Origin: a virus
Lineage: Duplodnaviria > Caudoviricetes
Reading direction: 5' to 3' (one strand)
Virus record (IMG/VR): IMGVR_UViG_3300044675_001003
Span: 1-60,044 of that record
Length of the DNA stretch: 60,044 nt
Part shown: piece by piece, positions 27,102 through 36,063 of the stretch
Layout: the number at the start of each line of letters is the position of its first letter
Position numbering within the stretch: position 1 is the first letter of the stretch
Notes under the pieces: generated by a model
The model's input: only the letters and a program-made list of their open reading frames with translations
The model's database searches: none
What the model was told of the DNA's origin: nothing
Translations under genes and position numbers: made by a program

Positions 27102-27730
27102 GTTACATCGTGGCATCGCTACCGCCCCTCAAATGTTTTGTTCGTAAAGAGTTTTTATACAACGATCACAAAGGCCATGGCGAGCTGGAGCCGGCAATCT
27201 GGGTCAGCCTTAAAGCTTTGCGCGGGCAAGTGTTCCGCATTGAGTCTTTGCTTCCGGCCTATGGCGCTCTGTACGACAAGCTACCTATCCACGCTTATGT
27301 GTGGCAAACAGAGCACGGCAATTTACCAGTCGATACTCTTCAGCTCTGGGACTGCATGGGCTACCGCTTCACAATCATTGAAAAGATTGGCCTGCGTAAC
27401 CTTGGTGTGAAGTTCTTGGGTAAAGACAGAGAGTGGCACTTTGGTCGCTACCTGTTTACTGTGGACTTCTGCGCTGAAGGTATGGACTTGGATACTGGGT
27501 TTACTGAGCAGGCCGAGGAGCATAAGTCTTTTAACTGGATTGCCCTTGACAACGGCCAGTTCGCCTGCCAGCCCAATAACCGCTGCCTGTGGTATGACCA
27601 GAGCCTTATCCCTGCTGAGACAAAGTTCCCTGACTTTCAGGCTGCACAAAAACTCTGGACTGTAGATGGCACCCGCAAGTGGTCGGCTGGGCAAGATTGG
27701 TTTTACGATATTACGGAGAAGAACTCATGA
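27098..27730 (+). CDS. Conserved hypothetical phage protein
   Basis: VRKEFLY...YGALYDKLP...QLWDC...YLFTVD...EHKS...GQFACQPNNR. Confidence 0.7.
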   Translation: MSYIVASLPPLKCFVRKEFLYNDHKGHGELEPAIWVSLKALRGQVFRIESLLPAYGALYDKLPIHAYVWQTEHGNLPVDTLQLWDCMGYRFTIIEKIGLRNLGVKFLGKDREWHFGRYLFTVDFCAEGMDLDTGFTEQAEEHKSFNWIALDNGQFACQPNNRCLWYDQSLIPAETKFPDFQAAQKLWTVDGTRKWSAGQDWFYDITEKNS

Positions 27731-28050
27731 TCGAAGGCTTTGACCACGTTGGGACAGACCATCAATGCAGCATTTGTCAATGTGATTTCACAGATGACGA
27801 GGGCGGCATTCAAGGTTACATTGGGATTCTTCCGGTGGCCTTTTGCCCTACCTGCTATTCCGGCATATGCGACATGGTTAGCCAGTTCGATGACCGCGAG
27901 TGGGAAGGGCTGACTGACGAGGAAATTGAAGGCGCCATTGACGATGGCTTTGCATTTGGTCTTGATGATGGAAACGTATCAAACCAAGCTGTAATTCGTT
28001 ACGTTCGGGTTATTGAGGCCAAACTTAAGGAGAAAAATTCGTATGAGTGA
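27727..28050 (+). CDS. Zn-finger + WEGLTDEEI...LKEKN protein
   Basis: CSIC...CPTC; ATGA coupling. Confidence 0.55.
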   Translation: MIEGFDHVGTDHQCSICQCDFTDDEGGIQGYIGILPVAFCPTCYSGICDMVSQFDDREWEGLTDEEIEGAIDDGFAFGLDDGNVSNQAVIRYVRVIEAKLKEKNSYE

Positions 28051-28243
28051 ACCAGAGTTAAATATGTGGGAAAGGGCTTTAGGCTGGCGCAAACGTCAGA
28101 TGATTCAGCGCCAGCTTGACCCGATCTCCAACAAGATCAGGAACGACACCTTGGAAGAGGTGGCTAAAGAGTTTGACAACATGAAAAACGGCGGGGATAC
28201 AACGGCAGGGTTTGCCATCTATGTGAGGAGTCTTAAAAAGTGA
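28043..28243 (+). CDS. Hypothetical protein
   Basis: RNDTLEEVAKEF...FAIYVRSLK; AAGGAG RBS. Confidence 0.55.
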   Translation: MSEPELNMWERALGWRKRQMIQRQLDPISNKIRNDTLEEVAKEFDNMKNGGDTTAGFAIYVRSLKK

Positions 28244-28428
28244 ATGGGTTTGCAAAACAACAGCTATCAATCGGAAGTAAGCAGCCGGTGCATCAATATA
28301 AGGAGTGCAATTACTGCAACGAACTAAAGCCGCCAGAGGGTGGCATCCAACTTAGCCATACAAAGTGGCATTGCGCCTCTTGTTGGGCAGGCCGCGCATC
28401 TAAAAGAACATCAACAAAAGGAAAATAA
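28240..28428 (+). CDS. Small Zn-finger protein
   Basis: CNYC...KPPEGG...WHCASC. Confidence 0.55.
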   Translation: MNGFAKQQLSIGSKQPVHQYKECNYCNELKPPEGGIQLSHTKWHCASCWAGRASKRTSTKGK

Positions 28429-29252
28429 TGACCGAAAGAATTAAGCTGCAGAAGATCCGTTTGGACGGCGGCACACAACCACGCAAAGAGATTGACGAGC
28501 CCCTGGTTCAGCACTACACCGAGGTATTGCTAGAGGGCAAAGACAAGTTCCCGCCTATCGACCTTTGGTTTGATGGCAAGTCTTACTGGCCCAGCGATGG
28601 CTTTCACAGATTCCACGCACACAAGCGCGCAGGGTTCTTGGACATTGAGGCTGTAGTCAATCAAGGCACCAAGCGCGATGCTTTCTTGGCCTGCTTGAAA
28701 GCAAACGGCAAGCATGGTAAGCCACGCACCCCCGAAGAGCGCCGCTATGTGGTTCAGATGGCGTTAGAAGACATTGAGCTGGGCGAGAAGACCGATGTTG
28801 AGATTGCCCTGATCTGTGATGTATCGTCAATGACTGTTGGTCGTGTTCGCAAGGCCATGGGATTGGAAGCTGCTTCGCGGGTAGATAAGAATGGCCAGCG
28901 CGTGAACATAACTGGCCGTGGCCCCAAAGCGGCGCCAGAGCCCGAGCCCGAGTACACCGAAGACGATAAGATGCATGAGCTGGCCATCGAGCATACGGCA
29001 TTATCAGAAGAGAATACAAAGCTCAAAGATATGTTGGCCATCCGAACATTGCCTGTGTCTGAGAAGGCCAGGACAGAAGTTCAGGAAACCATAGAGTCGC
29101 TGCGGGCCGAGGTCAAAGATCTTGAGTTCAAGCTGCGTACCATGACCCAATCACGCAATGAGTTCCAGAGTAAGAATGCTGAGATGATCAAGCAATTAAA
29201 CTATTGGAAGAAGCGCGTTGAGAGGGCAGAAAAGGCACTAGAATCTAAATAA
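28428..29252 (+). CDS. ParB/Srx N-terminal domain protein with HTH and coiled coil
   Basis: TQPR...FPPIDLWFDG..YWPSDGFHRFHA; TDVEIALICDVSSMTVGRVRK HTH. Confidence 0.8.
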   Translation: MTERIKLQKIRLDGGTQPRKEIDEPLVQHYTEVLLEGKDKFPPIDLWFDGKSYWPSDGFHRFHAHKRAGFLDIEAVVNQGTKRDAFLACLKANGKHGKPRTPEERRYVVQMALEDIELGEKTDVEIALICDVSSMTVGRVRKAMGLEAASRVDKNGQRVNITGRGPKAAPEPEPEYTEDDKMHELAIEHTALSEENTKLKDMLAIRTLPVSEKARTEVQETIESLRAEVKDLEFKLRTMTQSRNEFQSKNAEMIKQLNYWKKRVERAEKALESK

Positions 29253-29288
29253 ACCGAAGCTGGGCGGTATCCCAGCAGGAGAAATCAA

Positions 29289-30761
29289 ATGCTTAGTTTA
29301 AGACCGCATCAATCAGATGTTGTGGAGAAGCTCGCACAGGGCTTCAAAGACGGCCACAGAAGCCAGCTGCTATATGCCCCCACAGGGTTTGGCAAGACAG
29401 AGGTGGCCATGGCCATCATGCTAGAGCAGGCCAAGCAGCTTAAGAATGTAGCGATGGTGCTAGACCGCATCGTGTTGGTCAATCAAACCAGCACCCGCCT
29501 TGGAAACTATGGAATTAACCATGGTGTTCTGCAGGCGGATCATTGGCGCTACAGGCCTTATGAAAAGATCCAAGTATGCAGCGCGCAGACACTAGAAAGC
29601 AGGGACAACTTCCCTGATGTGTCTATGCTCATCATTGATGAGTGCCATGTGCAGCGCAAGCAGATCATTCAGTTCATCAAAGACCGCCCAGACATGAAGG
29701 TGATCGGCCTCACGGCCACGCCTTTTACCAATGGTTTGGGTGACACCTACACCAATGTAGTTGGCGCCAAGCCTACTGGTGATCTGATCGAAGACAAGTG
29801 GCTAACGCCGCTAAAGATCTACATTGCCAAAGAGATCGACATGACGGGCGCCAAGAAGGTGGCCGGTGAGTGGTCATCTGATGATGTTTCCGAGCGCGGC
29901 ATGAAGATCACAGGCGACATTGTCGAAGAGTGGATTACCAAAACAAACGAAGTGTTTGGTGGCCCACGCAAGACAGTTGTGTTTGCCTCCGGTGTTGAGC
30001 ATGGCCGCGACCTTGTGCGCCAGTTCAACGAGGCCGGTTATAACTTTGTGTCAATCAGTTACAAAGAGGATGACGAGTTCAAAGCCGAGACAATCGAGGA
30101 TTTCAGCAGGCCTGACACAAAAATCAACGGACTAATTGCCACAGACATACTGACCAGAGGTTTTGACGTCCCTGATGTGATGATTGGCGTGTCTGCAAGG
30201 CCTTTTTCCAAGTCATTTAGCAGCCATGTGCAGCAGATGGGCCGGATCATGCGGCCATATGATGGCAAAGACTACGGCCTGTGGTTGGATCACTCGGGTA
30301 ATTACCTGCGGTTTAGGAAAGAATGGGACAGGCTGTTCGATGAGGGCGTGACCGAGCTGGAGAATGGCTCTGAGACAGCAAAGAAAGAACCGACAGAGAA
30401 AGAAAAGACCGAGGCCAAGTGTCCGGCCTGCAAGACTTTGTGGGTCTGGCCTGATCGGGTCTGCGGTGAATGCGGGTTTGAGAAAGCTCAAAAGCAAGTC
30501 CTGAATGTCCCAGGTCAATTAACAGAGTTAGAAATGACCAAGCGCGAGCTGGTCACAGAGAATCAAAAGTTCTATTCCGAGCTGATCTTTTTTGCTAAAG
30601 CGCGGGGTTACAAAGAGGGTTGGGCTGCACATAAATACAAAGAAAAGTATGGCACCTACCCTCGCGGCCTCAATACAAATTCCTTAACGACAAGCTTTAA
30701 GACCAGCGCGTGGATTAAATCGCGCAACATTGCTTGGGCTAAATCGAAGGCCAACAAATGA
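29289..30761 (+). CDS. Superfamily 2 DNA helicase with Zn ribbon
   Basis: APTGFGKT, IIDECH, GLTATP, QQMGRIMR, CPAC...CGEC. Confidence 0.9.
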   Translation: MLSLRPHQSDVVEKLAQGFKDGHRSQLLYAPTGFGKTEVAMAIMLEQAKQLKNVAMVLDRIVLVNQTSTRLGNYGINHGVLQADHWRYRPYEKIQVCSAQTLESRDNFPDVSMLIIDECHVQRKQIIQFIKDRPDMKVIGLTATPFTNGLGDTYTNVVGAKPTGDLIEDKWLTPLKIYIAKEIDMTGAKKVAGEWSSDDVSERGMKITGDIVEEWITKTNEVFGGPRKTVVFASGVEHGRDLVRQFNEAGYNFVSISYKEDDEFKAETIEDFSRPDTKINGLIATDILTRGFDVPDVMIGVSARPFSKSFSSHVQQMGRIMRPYDGKDYGLWLDHSGNYLRFRKEWDRLFDEGVTELENGSETAKKEPTEKEKTEAKCPACKTLWVWPDRVCGECGFEKAQKQVLNVPGQLTELEMTKRELVTENQKFYSELIFFAKARGYKEGWAAHKYKEKYGTYPRGLNTNSLTTSFKTSAWIKSRNIAWAKSKANK

Positions 30762-31543
30762 CATTCGAAGAATTCGCAAGGGATCATGGCCTCATGATCA
30801 AAGACCTAGTGCTAGATCGTTGGGTGCGTGTTGGGACTGATGACCATCCCCGGAAACAAAACGGCGCCTACATCTTTGATGGCCACAAGGGCGCGATCAT
30901 TAACTTTGCTGTACATGACAGGCATATACTTTATAAATCCAGCGAGCCGTTTATACCCGACCCCAATGCTGCGGCCAAGCGGGAAGCGGCCAAGCGCGAG
31001 CACCAGCTGCGTCAGCGTAAGGCTGCAGACAAGGCCGCATTTATTCTGAATAATGCCGTTAAGCAGCAGCACCCCTACTTGATTCGCAAGGGTTTTCCTG
31101 ATCGTGGCCTAGTGTGGAATAGCCTGTTGGTGCTGCCAATGAGGGTGGGCCAGCACTTGGTTGGGTGCCAGCTCATTCAGGAAGACGGCACAAAGCGCTT
31201 TTTGTCAGGGCAGCAGACCAAAGGCGCCAGTCTGGTGATTGATAACAAAGGCCGCAATATTCTCTGTGAGGGGTTTGCTACGGGTATGTCTGTGCGTAGG
31301 GCCATGAAGTATTTGCGCGAGCGCTATACGATTTACGTGTGTTTTTCTGCGGGGAATATGTTAGAAATCGCTAAGAACTTGCGCGACCCGCTGGTGATTG
31401 CCGATAACGATGCCATGGGCGTGGCGACAGCCAAAAAAATAGCCTCGGTCTACTGGTTAGGCGAGGCGGGAGAGGATTTCAACGATACCGAGCAGAGAAT
31501 TGGCACCCAGTTGGCTGCCGAATCCCTGCGCGGGTTGCTGTAG
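30758..31543 (+). CDS. Toprim-domain primase
   Basis: HPYLIRKG, LCEGFATGMS, IADND, GEDFND. Confidence 0.85.
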   Translation: MTFEEFARDHGLMIKDLVLDRWVRVGTDDHPRKQNGAYIFDGHKGAIINFAVHDRHILYKSSEPFIPDPNAAAKREAAKREHQLRQRKAADKAAFILNNAVKQQHPYLIRKGFPDRGLVWNSLLVLPMRVGQHLVGCQLIQEDGTKRFLSGQQTKGASLVIDNKGRNILCEGFATGMSVRRAMKYLRERYTIYVCFSAGNMLEIAKNLRDPLVIADNDAMGVATAKKIASVYWLGEAGEDFNDTEQRIGTQLAAESLRGLL

Positions 31544-31822
31544 TTATTTGCGAATGCCGGGGTCTAGCTCTCCGTCCATGACCATAAAAATCACGCGCTT
31601 GGCGTTATTGATGGCCTCGTTTGCTTGGGCGCTGGCGCCCATAGAGAGCAGCTCTTGCGCGTCAGACATAAGGCCGGCGGCGACCATCAGGGCCCCGGTC
31701 ACTTTGTAAGTGATCGAGTCCTCAACATCTTCCTTGGTAAGCCGGCGCCTTTCGGCGCTTTCTTGTGCTTTTGTTTCCCACATTTTGTCAATGCGGGCGT
31801 ATGAGTCGTCTTGATTTGTCAT
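31544..31822 (-). CDS. Hypothetical early protein
   Basis: GGAGG RBS; abuts the primase stop convergently. Confidence 0.6.
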   Translation of the reverse strand: MTNQDDSYARIDKMWETKAQESAERRRLTKEDVEDSITYKVTGALMVAAGLMSDAQELLSMGASAQANEAINNAKRVIFMVMDGELDPGIRK

Positions 31823-31824
31823 GA

Positions 31825-32445
31825 TTAACCTCCAAAGTTGGGTGGTGAGTGAGTGAAGCCGGCGGCTTCAAAGAATTTATCAATGTTTTCGCATAGGTGA
31901 AAGAACTCGTCTTCGTCTTCTTCGTTGTCGGTAACTGGGTGCAGCTGATCCATGTCTGTGCAGAAATCGACCCCGTCCCTGTAGTGGCCAATGAAGCCCA
32001 CGCCCTGTTCTATGTATGTGGCCTCGACCTTGAATCCCATGGCCTCTAGAGCGTGATAGATGCCCCCGGGCGGGCACCAAGCTGTGTCAAAGTAAATCGT
32101 CACGGCATTACCCTCGATCTCGTAAACCTCGGGGCTGTCTGCAATGCTCATGTCCCACTTGGTGCCCCATTCTGCCATGCAGAAGCCATGCCAATTTTTA
32201 TAGCCGTAATGCTTTAGATTGTCGGCCTCTAGGGCTTCGAGCTCGGCCTGCTCGGCGGTACCTTTGCCAAGAAACCCGGCTGTAATTTTTAAGTCTTCAG
32301 GCACCGGGCGGATCATTTGAAAGATCGCGGGGTTTTCTTTCGCGGCAACAGCGCGCGCCAGCTCTTGCACAATTTCAGCAAGTTTTTTCTCTGAGTCGGC
32401 ATTTGTTGCGACAATTTTTAATGAGTTTGAGCACCAATTTGGCAT
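31825..32445 (-). CDS. YubB/DUF1281 ferredoxin-like domain protein
   Basis: MPNWCSN...WGTKWD...FDTAWCPP...YIEQGVGFIG. Confidence 0.8.
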   Translation of the reverse strand: MPNWCSNSLKIVATNADSEKKLAEIVQELARAVAAKENPAIFQMIRPVPEDLKITAGFLGKGTAEQAELEALEADNLKHYGYKNWHGFCMAEWGTKWDMSIADSPEVYEIEGNAVTIYFDTAWCPPGGIYHALEAMGFKVEATYIEQGVGFIGHYRDGVDFCTDMDQLHPVTDNEEDEDEFFHLCENIDKFFEAAGFTHSPPNFGG

Positions 32446-32469
32446 TTAAAAATCTCCGTTTTGTTGGGT

Positions 32470-32488
32470 TAATTAACACTGTTAATTA
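32470..32488. promoter_or_regulatory. Palindrome TAATTAACACTGTTAATTA (copy 3)
   Basis: Perfect 19-bp inverted repeat just upstream of the RBS of 32445. Confidence 0.65.
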
Positions 32489-32490
32489 GG

Positions 32491-32549
32491 AAATAGCCTC
32501 GTTCTACTGGCTAGAATGGGTCAATAAATAGCCTCGTTTTGCCAGCTTG
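32491..32549. repeat. AAATAGCCTCG direct repeats (also at 31437-31460)
   Basis: 32491-32514 matches 31437-31460 at 22/24; third copy from 32526. Confidence 0.6.
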
Positions 32550-32611
32550 TATGCTGGTCTTGCGGGCTGCCTGTCCGGCCCGGGGGCCGGTGCGTGGTGG
32601 GCGGCGGGTGG

Positions 32612-32800
32612 TTAGTGCTGGGCCTCGTTATATCCCAGCGCGTAGAGTCTGCGGGCCTCGGCCCGGTCGGCCTCTGCTTCGAGGGCCAGCAGAAAATTAA
32701 AGTTTTGCATTGCAGCCCGGGCGCGCGCTGCGTTGTTTTGCATGATGGCCCGGGCCACTTTGTGGCCGGCCTCGGTGTAGGTGTGCTCAGTTTGTTTCAT
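32612..32800 (-). CDS. Small early protein
   Basis: Ala-rich 62-aa ORF in the co-oriented early block. Confidence 0.55.
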   Translation of the reverse strand: MKQTEHTYTEAGHKVARAIMQNNAARARAAMQNFNFLLALEAEADRAEARRLYALGYNEAQH

Positions 32801-32954
32801 TGTGAACCTTCAGGGCCTCGCGGGCCAGCTCAATTGCTACGGCTAAATTTTCCACGCGCGCCGTGTCGGGCATATCGGGCCCGGCTTGCTCGGCGTAGAA
32901 AATAAGCGACTTGAGCGCTTCGCGGATTGTTTCGGGTTTTGTGTGCCAATTCAT
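32787..32954 (-). CDS. Small early protein (55 aa, MNWHTKPETIREAL...)
   Basis: GGAG RBS; fills the gap between neighbours. Confidence 0.5.
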   Translation of the reverse strand: MNWHTKPETIREALKSLIFYAEQAGPDMPDTARVENLAVAIELAREALKVHNETN

Positions 32955-33163
32955 TATTTACTCCATGCGGAAAGCAGCGGGCCGGCGTTGTATGCCGGCG
33001 CTGCAGGGTTTGAGAATAGGCCCGGGCCCCGGGTACGGCGGCCCCAAGCATCGCGGGCTGCAAGATTCACCAGCTGCCCGCGTTTAACTGCGTTATAAAC
33101 TTGATCGCGCGTGTATCCATCGGCCAGCAGCTGGGCCATGGTGCGCGGCTCTGTGATGCTCAT
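32954..33163 (-). CDS. Small early protein, HTH-like
   Basis: TMAQLLADGYTRDQVYNAVKRGQL. Confidence 0.5.
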   Translation of the reverse strand: MSITEPRTMAQLLADGYTRDQVYNAVKRGQLVNLAARDAWGRRTRGPGLFSNPAAPAYNAGPLLSAWSK

Positions 33164-33411
33164 ATGGTGCAGCAGCCACAGCATGGCGCATCTTCACAGC
33201 GGCCCTTTTTGTTGCGGTAGAACTCTCGGCCCGAAAAGTTAAAAACATCGCTTACGCGCGGGCTGGTCGTTGTGAATTGGATTGTGTCGGCGTCCGGCTC
33301 AAGCTGGGCCGTCCGGGTATTGGTGTCGTAAATGATGAAATCCCCGGGGTTTATGCGGGCGCCTGATAGGCTGCATTTGCCGGGGTATTTAGCGCGCATT
33401 GTTTTCAGCAT
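33160..33411 (-). CDS. Small Cys-rich early protein
   Basis: MRAKYPGKC...I.PGD.I...GRCEDAPCCGCC. Confidence 0.65.
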   Translation of the reverse strand: MLKTMRAKYPGKCSLSGARINPGDFIIYDTNTRTAQLEPDADTIQFTTTSPRVSDVFNFSGREFYRNKKGRCEDAPCCGCCTI

Positions 33412-33414
33412 GAT

Positions 33415-34107
33415 TTAACCTTTCAGAATAGGGATAACTTTACGGGCCAGCTTGTCGGTTTGCGCGGCCTTGCTGCCATGGGCGCGAAAACCTACAATAA
33501 AATCGCGGTCTGAGCGGCTGCACCATGGTTCAAAATTGCCGCATGATTCACAGGTGACCTCTTCGCGGGTTTGGGCCTCACAGATCACGATCAAGCGCCC
33601 GGCGGGGGTGTGGCTCACTTTTGGGGTATCCATGGGCACCACAGCGGCCACAGGGCCGGCGCCGGTGGCTGCCAGCTGGTCGGCGTGGCCGGCGTTGTCG
33701 GCGCTTAAATTGATCGTAAAGCCCCAGCTGTTGGCGTGTTTAACCCACTTGAGCGCTTCGGGCTGGTGTTTGTGGGTGTAGGTGAACCCGCGCCGGCCCC
33801 GGTTGGCCTTCACGATTAGGCCCAGCGCGTGGGCGTCTACTTTTTCACCCTTACCGGGCAGATCACCCACTACAGCAAAACGCCACACTTGGCCCGGGGG
33901 CAGGCTCTGAATGTGGCCGGCCAGCTGCTGCACCGGGGCGCCGCGCTGGGGCACCTTGTCCCAGCTCATGCGCGTGTGGAAATCTTCACCATAGCAGCCG
34001 GCCCGGTAAAGGGCGCAGCCGGGCGGGCAAGTTTCCCGGAGGTTGTAAGTAACAGGCAGCGGGCCGGTTTTGCGGTTGCCGCTGTTGCGAATGAAAGTGT
34101 AGAGCAT
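33415..34107 (-). CDS. Cys-rich Fe-S/Zn protein (DUF7227/gp88-like)
   Basis: SGNRKTG...TCP..C.....CY, WR..V.GDL, FTYTH, GFTINLSA, CEAQ...CESC.....C, F.AHG. Confidence 0.65.
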   Translation of the reverse strand: MLYTFIRNSGNRKTGPLPVTYNLRETCPPGCALYRAGCYGEDFHTRMSWDKVPQRGAPVQQLAGHIQSLPPGQVWRFAVVGDLPGKGEKVDAHALGLIVKANRGRRGFTYTHKHQPEALKWVKHANSWGFTINLSADNAGHADQLAATGAGPVAAVVPMDTPKVSHTPAGRLIVICEAQTREEVTCESCGNFEPWCSRSDRDFIVGFRAHGSKAAQTDKLARKVIPILKG

Positions 34108-34110
34108 GGT

Positions 34111-34326
34111 TCAGGCCTCCAGCGTTGCGCGGTCTGCGAGAGCTTCGGAAATGACGCCGGCGCGCTGCAGATAATCCACAAAATCAACAAAAGCGCAGCG
34201 GGTATCAATTGGATAAACCAGCTGGGCCGTTTTGTCGCTGCGGTTTGGGCTGTAGCGGTAGCGGCGGCGTGGTAAGTCCGGGAAAGCTTCCCAAAATGCG
34301 GCGCGTATCTGTTTTTGATTGGTCAT
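34111..34326 (-). CDS. Small early protein
   Basis: TNQKQIRAAFW...DTRCAFVDFVDYL...ISEALADRATL. Confidence 0.65.
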   Translation of the reverse strand: MTNQKQIRAAFWEAFPDLPRRRYRYSPNRSDKTAQLVYPIDTRCAFVDFVDYLQRAGVISEALADRATLEA

Positions 34327-34328
34327 GA

Positions 34329-34487
34329 TTAAAACCCCTTTGTAAAAATGTCGAAGTAAAAAAGGGCGCCCACAGTAAGGGCGCCGGCCACTAGCAAAAC
34401 GGCGAGAAAATCAAAACCAGCAGCGGCCCGGGCTTCGGCGCGCTCTGCTGCTGGGCTGTAGTGTTGGCGGTGTCGATGGTGTTTCAT
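34329..34487 (-). CDS. Small membrane protein (52 aa)
   Basis: ATGA overlap; hydrophobic C-terminal helix. Confidence 0.45.
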   Translation of the reverse strand: MKHHRHRQHYSPAAERAEARAAAGFDFLAVLLVAGALTVGALFYFDIFTKGF

Positions 34488-34687
34488 TGGTCGGCCCTTT
34501 CAAGCTGTTCGTTAAGCTGCTGCAGCACAGCGGCCCGGGTGCCGGTGAAACCTTCTTTTTTGAGGATTGCGTAAGCGCTCGGGCCCCGGCTGCGTTTCAT
34601 GCCGGCAATCTCAAGCTTGAGAGCTGCGCGGAGGGTGGCCAGCCTAAAGCGGGCTATTTGGTCGGGTGTAGTTAATACGGCGGTCAT
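34484..34687 (-). CDS. Small early protein
   Basis: QIARFRLATLRAALKLEIAGMKRSRGPSAYAILKKE. Confidence 0.65.
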   Translation of the reverse strand: MTAVLTTPDQIARFRLATLRAALKLEIAGMKRSRGPSAYAILKKEGFTGTRAAVLQQLNEQLERADQ

Positions 34688-34698
34688 TGTTTGCCCTT

Positions 34699-35037
34699 TC
34701 AATAGTTGTATGACACTCGGAGATAAACGGAATATTCGCGGGCGCTGGTGCGCTTTACGCTGGCGCTGGTGCTCGGGCACCCGCAGCAGTCGTGCTCATG
34801 TCTGCAGCTGCTGCCGCCCATGGTCGCGGCGATGGCCCGGGATAGGTCGCGGCCCTTTAGGCTGCTGGGCGCGATAACCTTTGCAAGATAGGCGCCGCCG
34901 TCATCGTATCCGTCAGGCTCGCGCGTCATGCGCTGCTGCAGTAGTTTTGCGGTGCCAATATGGGCCCAGCTGTCTAGGCCGGCCCAGCCATCGCGGTAGG
35001 TGTTTGTCTCGCGTTCGAATAATTCAAGTGTTGTCAT
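34699..35037 (-). CDS. Early protein with SCRHEHDCCGC motif
   Basis: Start MTTLELFERE after AAAGGA RBS. Confidence 0.6.
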   Translation of the reverse strand: MTTLELFERETNTYRDGWAGLDSWAHIGTAKLLQQRMTREPDGYDDGGAYLAKVIAPSSLKGRDLSRAIAATMGGSSCRHEHDCCGCPSTSASVKRTSAREYSVYLRVSYNY

Positions 35038-35062
35038 GGTTTTCCTTTTGGTTGGTTGGGGG

Positions 35063-35707
35063 TTATGCATCGTCAAGCATGAGGGCTGCGCGCTCGGCGT
35101 AGTCGGCCCGGGCTTCGCGCTCGAGTTCGCGCCGGCCTTCGTGGTCGAGCTCGTGCAGCTGGTCGCGTATCTTCCCGAGTCGAACCTTGGCCAGCAAAAC
35201 GGCGCCGCTGCCAATATCCCAGCCGGCGGCCCAAGCGGCCCGGCGGTCGGCCTCTTCGGCCCTGTAGTCGGCAAGGGCCAGCTCTTCGAGCGCTTCCAGC
35301 TCTTGAACTGTGGTGTTTAGATTCTTAAGCGCTGCCAGCTGTTGGCCGATTCCCAGCCCGGCCAGCGGGCGTGATACGTTAGGCCAGCCCTCTACAGCTG
35401 CGGCGTAATGCTTACCGGCCAGCACAGTAATGGCCCGGCCCTTGTGCTGCTGCAGCTGCTGTTCTGTCATCGCGGCCCAAACGGCGCGCTGGTGAGTGCT
35501 CATGTCACTAAGGGCGCGATTGTAGGGCTGCAGCTGGCGCGTAGTGCTGACGGCGCCATGTAGGGCCGAGAGAATGATTACATCAGCGCCGGCGCGCTCT
35601 GCTGCTGCCATGGCCAGCTTGAAAGCTTGGCCCTGATACAGCTCTGCAGCTGGGGCGGCGTGGTCAAGCTTGGCATTGCTGCAAGCGATTAGGTAGAGTG
35701 GTTTCAT
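35063..35707 (-). CDS. DUF6884-family protein
   Basis: LIACSNAK...AAELYQG..F, ILSALHG, PYN, LAGKHY, PLAGLGIGQQL. Confidence 0.75.
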   Translation of the reverse strand: MKPLYLIACSNAKLDHAAPAAELYQGQAFKLAMAAAERAGADVIILSALHGAVSTTRQLQPYNRALSDMSTHQRAVWAAMTEQQLQQHKGRAITVLAGKHYAAAVEGWPNVSRPLAGLGIGQQLAALKNLNTTVQELEALEELALADYRAEEADRRAAWAAGWDIGSGAVLLAKVRLGKIRDQLHELDHEGRRELEREARADYAERAALMLDDA

Positions 35708-35743
35708 AGAGTTCCTTTCGGTTGGGGTTAAACATGAATAACG

Positions 35744-35773
35744 ATTCCATCATGTCATGTGTTGACCTGTCAA
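35744..35773 (-). promoter_or_regulatory. Putative early promoter
   Basis: Minus strand TTGACA-18 nt-TGGAAT, upstream A-tract, overlapping TTGAC-NN-GTCAA palindrome. Confidence 0.5.
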
Positions 35774-36063
35774 GGGGTTTTTTTACAGTTAACGCAAAAT
35801 ATTTTCTCGGGCGTTGCGTATAGGCTGCAGCTCTAAGGGTGACAGCATGGGCCAGCAAATAACCAGGGGCAAAGCAGCGCGTTTTTTTGGGTCGAATTTT
35901 TGGCCGGTTTTAATCCTGGTGATCTGTGCCGGTGCATTTATTCGGTGCTGCAGCTGCTGTGATGGGATAACACCAGCCCGGCCCAGCTGGTGCGAGTGGT
36001 TTGCATTGCAGCGCGGGTTTTGTTATCTTCGGGTCATTCTTATTTTGTACCCACAAAAACACC

